Below are positions 11,901 through 25,000 of a stretch of 64,000 nucleotides of DNA, piece by piece. Source of the stretch: Macrostomum lignano (taxonomy: Eukaryota); NCBI GenBank assembly GCA_002269645.1, contig NIVC01002287.1, forward strand, positions 21,429-85,428, given 5' to 3'. Under the pieces are notes generated by a model. It saw nothing but the letters and a program-made list of their open reading frames with translations. It did no database searches and was not told the origin of the DNA. Each line of letters starts with the position of its first letter. Positions within the stretch are counted from its first letter, which is position 1. Position numbers and translations under genes: made by a program.

Positions 11901-14855
11901 GTTCAGCTTGAGTGCTTTGGGTTTTCAGAGTTGCCATCTAGCAATGCAGTTTAGCGATCAAGTGAAAGTGCAGTAAGCGGCATTTTGTGAGCAGCCATGA
12001 TCGCTGTTGCAATTGTTTCCGAGCTTCACAAGCTGAACAGTGAACGCGATTCATCTCAGCCAGGAATTTCACTCAACCACCGGTTGAGCAACGGGAAATC
12101 CGTCTGCCGGCAAAGCCATCGGAGCTCTCTGGAGCGCGGTTCGATAAGCGGCCCGGCACGCGAGACAAAACTCAATAAGGCAGAGTTCACGCTCCACCGC
12201 GCTATCCGGCTGTGCCAATGTCTCTGCGTTTCGAGTCGCTCTGAGAATATCGACTAGAATTTAAGCTCCCGTCTTTGACTTTCATTTTTCTTATCGGATC
12301 TGTCCGTCTGATTAGCGAAATCGAGCTTCTTTTTCCATTTATTCTTGCCCGCTCTGAATGCCCCGCTGATGGGGCGGAGTTCAGATTGTCTCATGAATCT
12401 GTCAGTCAAAGCCGCCCCCCCCCCAGAGCTCCGATGGACGGCGGGCAACTAGCAGCAAAAAGTGGATTAGGAGCAGCAATTTGCCTAATTAATGTTTCAT
12501 GCGTTTTGAGCTCAATAGCAGAAAATGCAGGAGCTGCGACTCTCCTGAGTAGCCTGGAGGGGGGGGGCGAGCATTCTGAGCCTGTTGCCCCAATCTGCTG
12601 CAGAAGACGAGAAAGTTGGACTAGAATTTGTTATTGTCAAAGCTCATCAGTGCAGCCATGCGGAATGCCTGCGGAAGCCGTTCCAGATTGGCGGCGCAGC
12701 TCCGGAGAGGTGAAAAGTTGAGGGTGAAGCGCACCAACGCGGAGGGGGGCTGTATACGGAAGACTAAAGGAAAATGTAGGCAGGCAGAACTGCAGAGGAT
12801 TGCAGGGGGTTCACAGAATCAAGGTGTGGGAGAAGAATCACTCGGAAACCTGCTGCGTCTCTCACGTGCTGAATTGCAGCCATGTTATCTGCTGCAGCCT
12901 CCCAGCCGCCGGTGGCTGCTAATGGACACCCACCCCTATTTTCTTCGTCATCGATTCATTCCAGCTTCCTTTTTCCCGAACCCCGCGGACTTTTTCACAG
13001 TTGCTTGCTTAACTTCTTTCTGTCTCTCGTCTCTGGCCTGCTCAGCCGGCATGGATTTCCCGAGAAGATGGAGCTCAGCGGCTGTGAGGGACAAAAGCGA
13101 TTGCCGATGGAGTCACGCCAGCCACAGCACTCCATGAGGGTGAAGTGCCTCCGGCTCCTGGTTGAAGCCGGATAAGCAGCCGATACGTTTTTTAACGGGC
13201 GCATTGGCTATTTTATGGCTTTATTTTCCCGAGCTGTTCACCGCTGCCGGCTAATGATTGAGAGCCTTCGTGAGTGGCTCTTTCAGCTTTCCCGCGAGCC
13301 GGCATAGTTGCTTCTTGTCTTCAATTTTTTATGCTGCTTGCGCGCTTCGGACAAGAATTTATTCGGCGGCAAAGGAAGCGGAGACTTTACAGGTTTGTCT
13401 GGCCAATTAGTGGCAAATAGGGACGCACGCGCTCCATAGCGAATGCGGTATGGGGTTCGTTGGCGATCGAGGAGAAAAGGCTGAGATGGTTGAGGATATC
13501 GAAGAGTGGGGAGGGTGAGGATTGGGTAGGTGAGGATTGGGTAGGTGAGGATTGGGTAGGTGAGGATTGGGTAGGTGAGGATTGGGTAGGTGAGGATTGG
13601 GTAGGTGAGGATTGGGTAGGTGAGGATTGGGTAGGTGAGGATTGGGTAGGTGAGTATTGGGTAGGTGAGGATTGGGTAGGTGAGGATTGGGTAGGTGAGG
13701 ATTGGGTAGGTGAGTATTGGGTAGGTGAGGATTGGGTAGGTGAGGATTGGGTAGGTGAGGATTGGGTAGGTGAGGATTGGGTAGGTGAGGATTGGGTAGG
13801 TGAGGATTGGGTAGGTGAGGATTGGGTAGGTGAGGATTGGGTAGGTGAGGATTGGGTAGGTGAGGATTGGGTAGGTGAGGATTGGGTAGGTGAGGATTGG
13901 GTAGGTGAGGATTGGATCGGTGAGGATTGGGTGGACTAATAACAAAAGCCTCTCAGCAAAGAGTTTATATCTGCAGCTCACCCTGGGGTGGCTGTAGGGC
14001 TCGTGAATGGACACCCGAAGCCCATACGCCTGTTCAAAGATGTCGTACAAGAAGCCCTGCCGATGTCTGATGTCGTAGTTTTCCCGCGGCCCCAGCCACA
14101 TGATCAGCGTGAGGCTGTGCACCTCTGTGAGCCTCTCCGTGTCGAATTCGAGCGTCAGACAGTTGAAGTAGTTGGGGTGGCTAAAGCTGGTAACCTTGAT
14201 CATGCTGTCGTAGCATCCCTTGGTGCCCTGCACCTGCTGCGAGTTGTACTTGAAGATGCAGTCAACTATCGACTTGTTCCGCTCGTGGCCCAGCTTCGCG
14301 GCCTCATCCGGCGATAGGTTTTGATAGTACAGCCGCGACGAGTCCATGAACAGCGTGGCCACCAGCGCCTTCATGCTGTTCGTCCTTTGCTGGTTAAACT
14401 TGGCCATCGTCTTTTCATCAGCTTGTCCGCTGCGCACTTTGGCGTACACGTCCGGCATGCTGGGATCCTGCATCAGCTTGAGGCCGCGCTGCCTCAGCTC
14501 CCTGTTGAACACCGTTGGCGACTTGATCCGCTTTGCCGACCACTCCTCGTAGGCGCGCTCCGAGAACGGCTGGTTGTTGCAGATGCTCACCGCCGGGAAC
14601 GGGGTGGCGTCATCGATGTCCAGGCGAGTCTGAATGTTCACGTCGTACTGCAGGTAGTCGATGGTGACTTTGAACGCGCTGTAGAACAGCAGCGACGTGG
14701 AGCCCAGGACGAACAGGGCCCACAGTCTGCGCAGGAACTTGCTCTGGCTCTTCAGGATCTTGCCAACTCCGCGGATGCTGGTGCTTTCAAGGAACGCTCG
14801 GGCCGTGTCAGAGACGGAGCCAGTGCGGTGGAAACACCTCTGAGTTCGCTCTCCG
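8992..14855 (-). CDS. DEG/ENaC (amiloride-sensitive channel family) subunit; 5' exon(s) not identified
   Basis: Exons 14855-13982, 10898-10744 and 9910-8992 have GT-AG boundaries with matching phases (0, then 2). Motifs: pre-TM1 FLESTSIRGV, TM1 LWALFVLG, post-TM1 FPAVSICN, HPNYFNCLT, YGLRVSIHEP, Cys-rich thumb (LC...CRC...C...C...CLPRCQQLSY), TM2 LFSRIGGLCSMYIGLTLAFFVECVELL. Confidence 0.93.
10020..10685. repeat. 24-bp minisatellite (ccccagccaatcccacttctccta), ~27 units, in the last ENaC intron
   Basis: Direct reading. It explains the 8-residue periodic ORFs at 10100-10862. Confidence 0.97.
11000..11912. repeat. 31-bp minisatellite (gatggtccagcttgagcaccatcgggttagc), ~29 units, ENaC intron
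   Basis: Direct reading. Each unit contains the inverted pair GATGGT...ACCATC. Confidence 0.97.
13513..13935. repeat. 15-bp minisatellite (gggtaggtgaggatt), ~28 units, near the ENaC donor at 13981
   Basis: Direct reading. It produces the TYPIL/VGEDW repeats in the ORF track. Confidence 0.97.
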
Positions 14856-16648
14856 CTGCGGAGGCAAACAGTTGGGAGAAGTGAGGTCTTTGAGTATTTG
14901 AATAAATGCTTGATATGTGGCCCCTCATCGGTACTGAATTTGGTTGAGGAGACTTTTTGGGGGAGGAAAAGCGATGAATTGCATTCGGCTAGCTGGTGAC
15001 ATTTTCAACTAGAATAGTTCTCTCAGGAATGACTCGAGCCTTCTCTGACAATTTTTAATACTCTCCGTTGTAATCCATGGTTGCTTGATAATTTATACGG
15101 TGCTTAAGTCTGTCATGACAAGTGTTAAATAATTCAATACTTAAAGTATGGTCACCGATACGCGCGTAGTGCGAAATTTCTGTTCCGGCTGGCAGGAATG
15201 AAAAAATGTACTGAAAATTATTTGAGTTCAGGTTTGGAGACTCTATACGAGTGTCCGGTGCTCGACCTTTCAGTAGAATTGATGAAGAATTGAGAACTCT
15301 GACTCTGCCAGCGACTTTCACTTGGGATTCTGTCGGGATTATTTTGGACTTATTAAACTCGCCAAATCCCAGCTCCCCATCTCTCAATTAGCCGACAGAT
15401 TATCCAGCTGCTGCCCTGGCCCTTTCCTGTCAGTGAAGCTGCCAATCTGTCCCTGCATCGGCAGCAGCTGCCAGCCATATTAATTTTTGCTTCCGCCCTC
15501 CTCAGATGCCAGGGGGAGAGCAGCAGACGGCACCGCCAACAGGCAGTCTAGAAGACAAACCCGCACTCCAGCGGTTGCAAACATCTTCCAGAAGATAAAT
15601 AAAGCACGATAGGGATCGATTTTGCCGCTGTACACCCTGCCCATTGGGTTTCCGATTCCCGGACCCTGAGCCCGAAGCTTTCAGCGCTATTCTTGTCTGG
15701 AAAAATCAATGACAGACACAGAGGCAGCACCGCCAGCGTCATTGTCTGCTGATGTTGATTCTTCAATCAAGTTTCCGTCCCAGCCGGCTTTGAGAATCGG
15801 CTGCTGAAGGGTTCTCAAGATTGAGACATTGCAGTCTGAGTGTCTCATTGGTGAGGCATTCTTATATTTTCATCTCCATTCTTAGTTCTTAATGGGGCAC
15901 GTTATGATTGAGTATAAGTACGAATCGAATCCTGCAACAAAAATAAGATTTCGACAATGTATTCAGACTTTTGATGGCAAGCCAAGTTTGCAGAGGTCTC
16001 TGTGGCTGCTGCGTGTCTTCTGGCAGCCATTGAGCAGGCAATCAAGAATGCTCCTCCATGTGACTCCTCAGCAAGCACACCTAACGAAATGTACATACTC
16101 TGTGCCTTAGACTGTAAGTCGATTTAATATTTCTTGACCTACGTAACTATGACGACAAACAAATGAAACTGCGAAATTTACCCCATAGTCGTGTCCAATG
16201 CCGTGTCTCGGAATTGTGTCTCTGAAATGTTAATTGAATTAAAATGTCCAGCCACATTATCTGCAAATCTGTCTTCCATTTTAATTCGAATTGTACCTAG
16301 AAATTATATAAATCCTGCAGTGCTCAAAAACTCACGCTGATGATAGATGTTGCCGAGGAAGTCTTCAAAAAGTCGCCGACCAACGCAGGATCCTTAAAAT
16401 GAGTCCTGTGCGCAAGTGACTGCGTATTTAGTGGTGAATTCCGAATCGGCTGGTTGGCTGTCGGCTCGTCTGTCCCCCGTTGGCTGCTGACCTGGTGGTG
16501 GAGGGGAGACGAGAAAAGATCAGAACTTAGGGCCAATCCCCAGGCTTCATCATCTCATTGATCAGTCTGGCTTACTGGATGCTGATAGTAGCTCGTAGCT
16601 TACCAGGACACGATAGTTCTGCTGCGAGAATATGAAAATCACCATGGC

Positions 16649-17478
16649 ATTGCTGCCAAGGAGCATCTTCCCATTACTTCTTTGTGGCCTCTCCAAGGTG
16701 CTTCTAACCATTGCTGCCAAGGAGCATCTTCCCATTACTTCTTTGCGGCCTCTCCAATGTGCTTCTAACCATTGCTACCAAGGAGCATCTTCCCATTACT
16801 TCTTTGTGGCCTCTCCAAGGTGCTTCTAACCATTGCTACCAAGGAGCATCTTTCCATTACTTCTTTGTGGCCTCTCCGAGGTGCTTCTAACCATTGCTAC
16901 CAAGGATGGCATCTTCCCATTACTTCTTTGTGGCCTCTCCAAGGTGCTTCTAACCATTGCTACCAAGGAGCATCTTCCCATTACTTCTTTGTGGCCTCTC
17001 CAAGGTGCTTCTAACCATTGCTGCCAAGGAGCATTTTTCCATTACTTCTTTGTGGCCTCTCCGAGGTGCTTCTAACCATTGCTACCAAGGAGCATCTTCC
17101 CATTACTTCTTTGTGGCCTCTCCAAGGTGCTTCTAACCATTGCTGCCAAGGAGCATCTTCCCATTACTTCTTTGCGGCCTCTCCAAGGTACTTCTAACCA
17201 TTTCTACCAAGGAGCATCTTTCTATTACTTCTTTGTGGCCTCTCCAAGTTACTTCTAACCATTGCTACCAAGGAGCATCTTTCCATTACTTCTTTGTGGC
17301 CTCTCCAAGTTACTTCTAACCATTGCTACCAAGGAGCATCTTTCCATTACTTCTTTGTGGCCTCTCCAAGGTGCTTCTAACCATTGCTACCAAGGAGCAT
17401 CTTTCCATTACTTCTTTGTGGCCTCTCCAAGGTGCTTCTAACCATTGCTACCAAGGAGCATCCTTCCATTACTTCTTA
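16649..17478. repeat. 61-bp tandem repeat (attgctaccaaggagcatcttcccattacttctttgtggcctctccaaggtgcttctaacc), ~13.5 units
   Basis: Direct reading. Identical ORF starts are spaced 61 bp apart (16772 and 16833). Confidence 0.97.
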
Positions 17479-18307
17479 CCAGCACCTCTCTTTGAACTGT
17501 TTTTTGGACCATGTCAGCTTCTCTTGACTGAGAGAAGCCACGGAAAGAGGGGAGGTAGAATCGAGAAAACCGTTCCAACGCGTCTTAAAAGAAAGAGTTT
17601 ATCTGCTGTTTGTCAATGAATCGGAAAAAGGTGAGCTTGATACGATGAAGCCAAGGCCAGAGTAGCAGAAATTCAACACTCAGAATTTCAAATGATGAAG
17701 ACGCGCAGTCTGGCAACGGGGCGGAAAATGCGGCAGCTGGGAGGCAGCAGCAGCCGTCTTCTTGCACGGCTGGGCGATGGGCAAAGTGAGTGGCAGTTGG
17801 CGCCAGTGAATGCCTTGGAGCAAATATCGATTTTACGACTGTCGCGTTTCACCAGAATTCTGGGAAGGCTTGAGTCCTACTTGACAGCAAAATACTTCTT
17901 TCACGCCTTATTCACTCAGCTCTGAGCAGTTGAATTTGCATGCTAGCAAGGCCTAAGCGAGTTTTTTTTTCAGACAACAGCTTTGTTCGATGTTTTTGCT
18001 GTACCAAATTCGACTTGGCTGTGCTGACTGTGCATGCGGTTCACACGCTGCCGTTCAGGTGCGATCCGATTGGCTGTAGGGCTTACTAGCCACTAAAGCC
18101 ACTCAAGTGCTAAATATCGACTTCTTTGTCCAAACAAGAATGGATAGTTGCAATCCACACGTGTACTAGTTCAAGATTGAGACATTTAAGACATGATTAC
18201 TGCCATGTGCTTGTGAAACTTTTCAGCACTGGCACTACTATTAGTAGACTAGGCGAGTATTTTTCCGATTAGAGCTCGGGTGGTATAATTTTTTTGGGGT
18301 CGGGATC

Positions 18308-19127
18308 AGATGGGACGAGATGGGATGGGATGAGATAGGATGGGACGAGATGGGAGGAGATGGGATGGGATGGGAAGAGATTATGTTGGAGGATGGGATG
18401 GGACGAGATGGGAGGAGATGGGATGGGATGGGAAGAGATTATGTTGGAGGATGGGATGGGACGAGATGGGATGAGATGGGATCATGGGACGAGATGGGAT
18501 GGGAGGAGATGGGATGGGAGGAGATGGGATGGGAGGAGATAAGATGGGAGGAGATGGGACGAGATGGGGTGGGACGAGATGGGGTGGGACGAGATGGAGT
18601 GGGACGAGATGGGATGGGACGAGATGGGGTGGGACGAGATGGGGTGGGACGAGATGGGGTGGGACGAGATGGGGTGGGACGAGATGGGGTGGGACGAGAT
18701 GGGGTGGGACGAGATGGGGTGGGACGAGATGGGGTGGGACGAGATGGGGTGGGACGAGATGGGGTGGGACGAGATGGGGTGGGACGAGATGGGGTGGGAC
18801 GAGATGGGGTGGGACGAGATGGGGTGGGACGAGATGGGGTGGGACGAGATGGGGTGGGACGAGATGGGGTGGGACGAGATGGGGTGGGACGAGATGGGAT
18901 GGAAAGGGATAGGATGGGACGAGTAGGAAGAAGATTTGATAGGATGGGACGAGTAGGAAGAAGATTTGATAGGATGGGACGAGCAGGAAGAAGATTTGAT
19001 AGGATGGGACGAGTAGGAAGAAGATTTGATAGGATGGGACGAGATGGGGTGGGACGAGATTATGTTGGAGGGGATGGGATGGGATGAGATAGGATAGGAA
19101 GAGATGGGAGGAGATGGGATGGGACGG
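18308..19127. repeat. GATGG-derived G-rich satellite with a homogeneous 15-bp core (gggacgagatggggt) and a 30-bp variant block
   Basis: Direct reading. Confidence 0.97.
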
Positions 19128-21891
19128 GAATTCGCCATATTTACCATCAAAATATCTATAATTAGAGACTACTACCATCTTTAGGATGTGGTATCAAATT
19201 TTTAAGACGTCAAGAACCCAGACTACGAAGCAATTTCGTATCCATGTAGCATTTTAGCAATTCTTATCTTAGAAAAATCTAAAACTCCGAACTCTAAAAT
19301 GCCATATTTTTACTTCCTGTCATCCCGGACAACTTTAGAAGTTCGTAAACTACATGTACTCGTACCAGAAGTCAGTCGTCTTTGAAAAACTTCTTTCAGA
19401 CTGCTGAAATTTTCCAAATTTCCTTTCGACGTGTCCTGAAAATCGGGATTTCAGTGCCCCAGATCCCGTCCGAGCATTGGTGCATTGGTGCAGGGCAACG
19501 CACCAATTCCCGCAGAATCCCACACCCGAAGGTTTATTGTCGTATGCTCTCTAAATACGCAGTTTAGCGGAGCCCTCCGTCCGACGTGTTGTATCAATTA
19601 TCTGTGACGCAAAATCTTTCGCTCTGGCAAGCTGGCACGAACTCTGACAACATGCCAAGCGAACTGTTTCGAGTGTTTATGCTCAACCGTGGTGTTGTTG
19701 CCATATAGCTAAAATTTATTGCTTATGCGTGGACCAAAACATCAACAAAAAACAAGGCAAATTCCTGGATTGTTTTCCGTGTGCGATATCTATACCTATA
19801 GGTGAAAAAAAGCAGGACTGATATCGTTTTAAACTCAACTGGACTCTCCGGTCAGCACTCGGAATTCAGATAAGAATGCGCAAAATGAATTCAGTTTCTT
19901 ATGACAAACGCAGAAGATTTCTATAATTATTCAGACTGCAGAGCGAAGAAGATGCAGAGCGAAGCCTTCTCTAGCTTTGGCTTGTAAAAAAGAACTTGAA
20001 AAACCACGAAAGTTCTCAAGATTCTTCTTACAAGTTGAGAATTAACGACGCAGTTGGACGAGCAAAATATTCCAAAGAGATTTCCATGCTCACAAGAGAA
20101 TAGGACAGGCTCATTATTCATGTCTACCTGTGCTTGCCAGGCGCAAGGCTACCCAAGGCCTTGCCAGACCGATTTGCAGCGCACTGCTAAGAATGCGCCT
20201 GTGTATGCTTTGTCCCTACCGCGACCCCCTGCCAGGCTTGCCATATTTGGCAGATTTCTTTTCACCATCTTTATGTAGCCAATTGTTCTGCAGAACTCCC
20301 GCAGAATCATAGCTCTCACTGCCCGCTGTCTTGGCCCTACCATCTCTCAGCATGGAGTCCGACTGAGTGTCAGTGCAGCTGCCGATTGTCTCTAGTCTGA
20401 GTCGGACTCGGAGACAAATAAAACTGAGGCATAATTTAGTGCCAGGAAAAGAACAGACGGATTTGAACTGCAGCTCGCCCTTGTCGCTCTCAGTTGGCAG
20501 TGCGAAAAGTTTATTGCGCCTTCGCTTTTAGATTTATCGTTCAATTTCTCTGTCTAAAAATGCACTTCAGCAGCGTTATTATAAAGATAGTGAGCACAAT
20601 TGAGGCCACGAAACCCCCTCCCGTGCTCAAGCTCATCGCCCGGTTTAAAACCATGAGAAAGTTTGGCAGAATAAAGTGGATAGAAGGGTGGGTGGGGCTG
20701 CGGGGAGTTGACGGCGTTCGAAAACTCCAGCGGGTAAAGAAGAAAAGGTAGTTAGCAAATAATAAAGCGCCTGAGGGTTCTTTCTGTCCATTTACTGGAG
20801 TGACCCGGGGACAATCATTTCAAATTTTCATTGTGTGCGTCCCACCAGAAAGATTCGCATCACCTCAGCACAGTATTCATTAAGGGCTAGCTCTTATTAT
20901 TAATGTTAAGATCACGCCGAACAGTCTTCCGGAAACTGCCGAACAACTTGCAAAGTATTCAGTTGGAGATTGTCACAGAGAGCAGATTTTCACTGGGATA
21001 GTGCTTAAGTGAGCAAAATGTACAACTGAATGTCAAGAGTTAGCAAAAATCTAGTAGACGCTGGGTTTGTTTATTTAGCAGGCAGCCCATTAGCAGCCCA
21101 TTTAGCACGTCTGATTACTCATACAGCACACCGCTTTTGTGAATTTAAAAAAAATGTGAAAATGTGAAAACCGTCCAGGTGATTGACGTCCCGCAACTTT
21201 TGCAGCTTTTATACCTCACCAGTTGGTCATTCGACGTTCAAGAGGCTCTGTGGATCCACGTGGACTGCTCCTCATTCTGAGTTTGTGAGGGCAGCCTTAT
21301 CGTAGAGCTAGATCGTGCCGTAGTTTCAGACGGTTGTTGTGAGGCTCAAAACTGATGTTGCGATGTTGGCCGGTCAAGTCTACCATGCCGAATGGCACTG
21401 CTCATGGCCGTTGCAGTAGGTCCACAGCCTCAGCGTAGCATCAGAACGAGGAATAAAGCAAGATGGTGTTACTAGTAGTCACAATTAGACTACCTTGAGC
21501 ACTAGACAAGAATAAAGATGCAGATTTATTGATCGTAGAAAGCTAATAAACAGCGCACATTGCGATATGAACTGAATGACTCTACGTAAAAGTAGCATGC
21601 AGCCTTGCGAGTACTCAAGTTGAGCAAGTGCATATTTTGAACATTCTTGGCACGACGTTTGGTTTAATTATTATCAGAAAGGAAGCCACACGAGGCATGC
21701 CTGGCCAACTATGCACTAACCAGATTCCATGTATTCTAGGCGTTTTTGTACACTTGCATCCATCTATGGACGACTCATTATTTGTCATTTTCTATTTACT
21801 GCCTCACAAACAGCTGCCCCTCCTTTGCGCCCGCCTATGCACTGGTGCTCAGGTCCCACCCCAGCTATTTTTGGCTCACTCGCCTCAGCCT

Positions 21892-21899
21892 TATAAATA
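21892..21899 (+). promoter_or_regulatory. Candidate TATA box (TATAAATA) of the SLC6 gene
   Basis: Canonical TATA ~115 bp upstream of ATG 22013. Position-based inference only. Confidence 0.45.
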
Positions 21900-22012
21900 C
21901 GGCCGCCCACGGCTTTCCAGCTCCGCTCGGAGCTCTCCACTCAAGCGTCGGCCACCGCCTTTCTCTGAAGCTGAATTAACGATTTGAACAGGTCGAATTG
22001 GCTACAAAGCAA

Positions 22013-25000
22013 ATGGACAGCCACGACTCCCAGGTGGTGTCTCCAGAAGACATCAGCATGCAGCAGCGCGGCGGCCAGGAAGAAAGCGTTGAGGAGTCAA
22101 TTAGCGACATCCGACAGAAGCTTAGCCGGATTGAGGCCAACCAGATGGAGGTAAGTAGCTTATCATTCAAGAGTAACAGTTGTCACGCCATCGCAATAGA
22201 GTCGCTAAGCTATCAAAACCACGGACTTTCAGCTCTCTAAAGCTCTGGCCAAGAAAAAAGGCTTCTCTCTGACCTTCGAAGAAGAGGAGAACCCGGAGCG
22301 CGGCAACTGGTCGGGAAAATTCGACTTCTTTTTGAGCTGCCTGGGCTACGCTGTCGGTCTCGGCAACGTCTGGCGATTTCCCTACCTATGCTACAAGAAC
22401 GGAGGAGGTGAGTGATCGTGGATGTGGATGGATTAACTTTTTGTGTACAAGGTCTTTATGCGGCGCCTAATTATTTTTCTTCTACTTAGGTGCGTTCTTC
22501 ATTCCGTATTGCATCTTTTTGTTCTTCTGCGGCATGCCCATCTTCTGCTTGGAGCTGTCGCTCGGCCAATTCTGCAGCTCCGGGCCGCTGTCCTGTTGGG
22601 AGTTCGCTCCGCTGTTCCGAGGTGAGTCGGCAATAATGAGCCGCTTATACTGCACGTAGAGTTACGGCAAGTGTAAACCAATTAAATATCTATTTTCTCT
22701 TTCAACTTTTAAACCCAGGCGTCGGTGTCGGCATGGTGATCGTATCCGGCCTGGTGGGAATTTATTACAATATCATCATTGCCTGGTCCTTCTGGTACCT
22801 GTTCACCTCGTTCACCTCGAAGCTGCCCTGGAGCGAGTGCGGCTCGTGGAGCACCGAACGTAAGCATTTTGCGGTTATTATGATGTCTTGATTAGTATAT
22901 TAATTGGCACTAAAATTAATTTTACCAACTTCACAGTCTGCCGCGAGCGTCTTACTCCGGTGAACTCAACGTGCAACAACGACTTGAACCTCCGAATCGA
23001 CAATGGCACCGGCATCAACGGCACATGCTGGCTTGACACCAACGGAACTCGAACTCTGTACGGCATCTATGACGCCGAGGCCGCCACTGCCGCTGGTTAC
23101 AGCGCCAGGCCCGCCAGCAACGAGTACCTCAAGTGAGTTGATCGTGATTACTTGTGCCCAACGATCTGAGCTTCATAGCCAGCTAAAGCTATAGAAAGTG
23201 TGCACATACCCGTCGTATGGTCTTCCACGCATCCATTTTTTGGTCCACTTCGAAACTAGTGACTGCATGACTTTTCTCTCCCTTTTAGCTACGTTGGCCT
23301 GCAAGACCGGCTTGGCAGCATCGGCAACATGGGCCCGCTGCGCTGGGACATGAGCCTCTGCCTTCTGCTGGGCTGGATTGTCGTCTTCGCCTCGCTCTCC
23401 AAGGGTATCAAGAGCAGTGGAAAGGTTAGGTTACAATTAAAAATGTTAGCAGAAACATTTAATTGCATCAAAGGCTACAGTCGCAGCCGCCGAAAAAAGG
23501 TCGTTATATGCCAATGCATTACACGGAATAGGCGCTGGTTTTGCGCGCCAAAACTGCTGAAAGACTAATGCCGCGCATTCCTTTCGTGCACAGTAGGCGA
23601 CAGTGGAATCTTCCACTCACAGCTCAGAGCTGGCATCGGAATTTTCCACCGACGTAGTTTGGCCGAGTCCGCTCGCGCAGAAGCTGTCACGTGAAGGTGC
23701 ATAAATGGGTTGCGCTGCTTTTCTTTCCTTCTCTCCTATTTTTCTTACCTTTTTTATTTCACCTGCTTTGGCCAACTCTCTCTAGCGGCCGTCATCCCCG
23801 GCGCAGCTCAGCCTTCAAAAGCTTTGCATCGCTCGCACAAAATTCTTTCAAAAACAAGCGTACTTGCATCAGTCTGTCTGCAAGTCTGCATCGGCAACTA
23901 GTTCGTATGCTATGAAAATAAAAATGTTCTCTCTCTCTTGTTCAAAAAATGTACCGAGTAGCAGCAGTAGAGCGTGTCGCACAATGAACCCCCCCCACCT
24001 TGCCGATCCAACCTTTTCAATTTAATACACCCGTATAGGTTTGTCCGCGGAGCATAAATATTTTTCTCACCGGTGGGGGCGTACGGAAACGCTTCTTCGC
24101 TAAAAAACAGCGATATGCTTTTTGATTAACTGTGTCAGCTGTTACAAAACTAGGCTTAATTAGCTAAACCTGCTTCCATATTAATTCAAGCTAATTAATG
24201 TGTCTTAAATTGACCACTTTTCGCAGCATGACTAAGACTATTTCTTCAACAAGCTACTTACAGTAACAAGCGATGGTACAACTTTTGATTAAGCGATCTT
24301 CACGTATTAAGCGTTTGGGAACTTACTTCCTTGTTGAAGAAATCGGTTGTAGAGAAATACTTTAACATGATAATAATGCACCAAAGTAAATATTCTAAGA
24401 TAGTCTGCTTCAGTATCCCGGATGTGTCATCACTCCCATAGGTGGTCTACTTCACGGCTATCTTCCCCTACGTGGTGCTGATCATCCTGCTGATTCGCGG
24501 CCTCACCCTGCCGGGCTACGAGAAGGGCATTGATTTCTACCTGAAGCCGGATCTGAGCCGCCTGCAGGACTCCACGGTGTGGAAGGACGCTGCTGTTCAG
24601 ATCTTTTTCTCCCTGTCCGCCAGCTGGGGCGGCCTCATCACTCTGGCCAGCTACAACCGGTTCAAGACCGATACAGTCCGGGACGCTATGCTGGTGTCGA
24701 TTTGCAACTGCGCCACCTCCGTGTTTGCCGGCTTTGTCGTGTTCAGCTTCCTTGGCTACCTAGCCACTCTGCTCAATACTGAAGTGACCAACGTGGTTGA
24801 CAGCGGTGAGTTGTCCTACTCAGTTGAGAACCCGCACGAAGCTGATACGCACAATAAGCAGAAAATTTAAACCTTAAATCTTATCTTGCTTTCAGGTGTG
24901 GCCCTGGCTTTCATCGTTTACCCCCAGGCTGTGACTAGCCTGCCCGTGTCGCCGCTGTGGGCTATTCTGTTCTTCGTGATGCTGATCACCCTCGGCCTGG

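Noticed and set aside
11997-13204. Cluster of 60-170 aa ORFs inside the large ENaC intron
   Set aside because: No recognisable motifs, overlapping on both strands, no consistent splice structure.
15055-15387. 110-aa minus-strand ORF as the missing ENaC 5' exon or a separate gene
   Set aside because: No family signature, and no phase-2 donor I could link confidently to the acceptor at 14856.
20355-20409. 10-bp inverted repeat GAGTCCGACT / AGTCGGACTC
   Set aside because: Short stem with a 35-nt loop and no second copy or TSD; could be chance.
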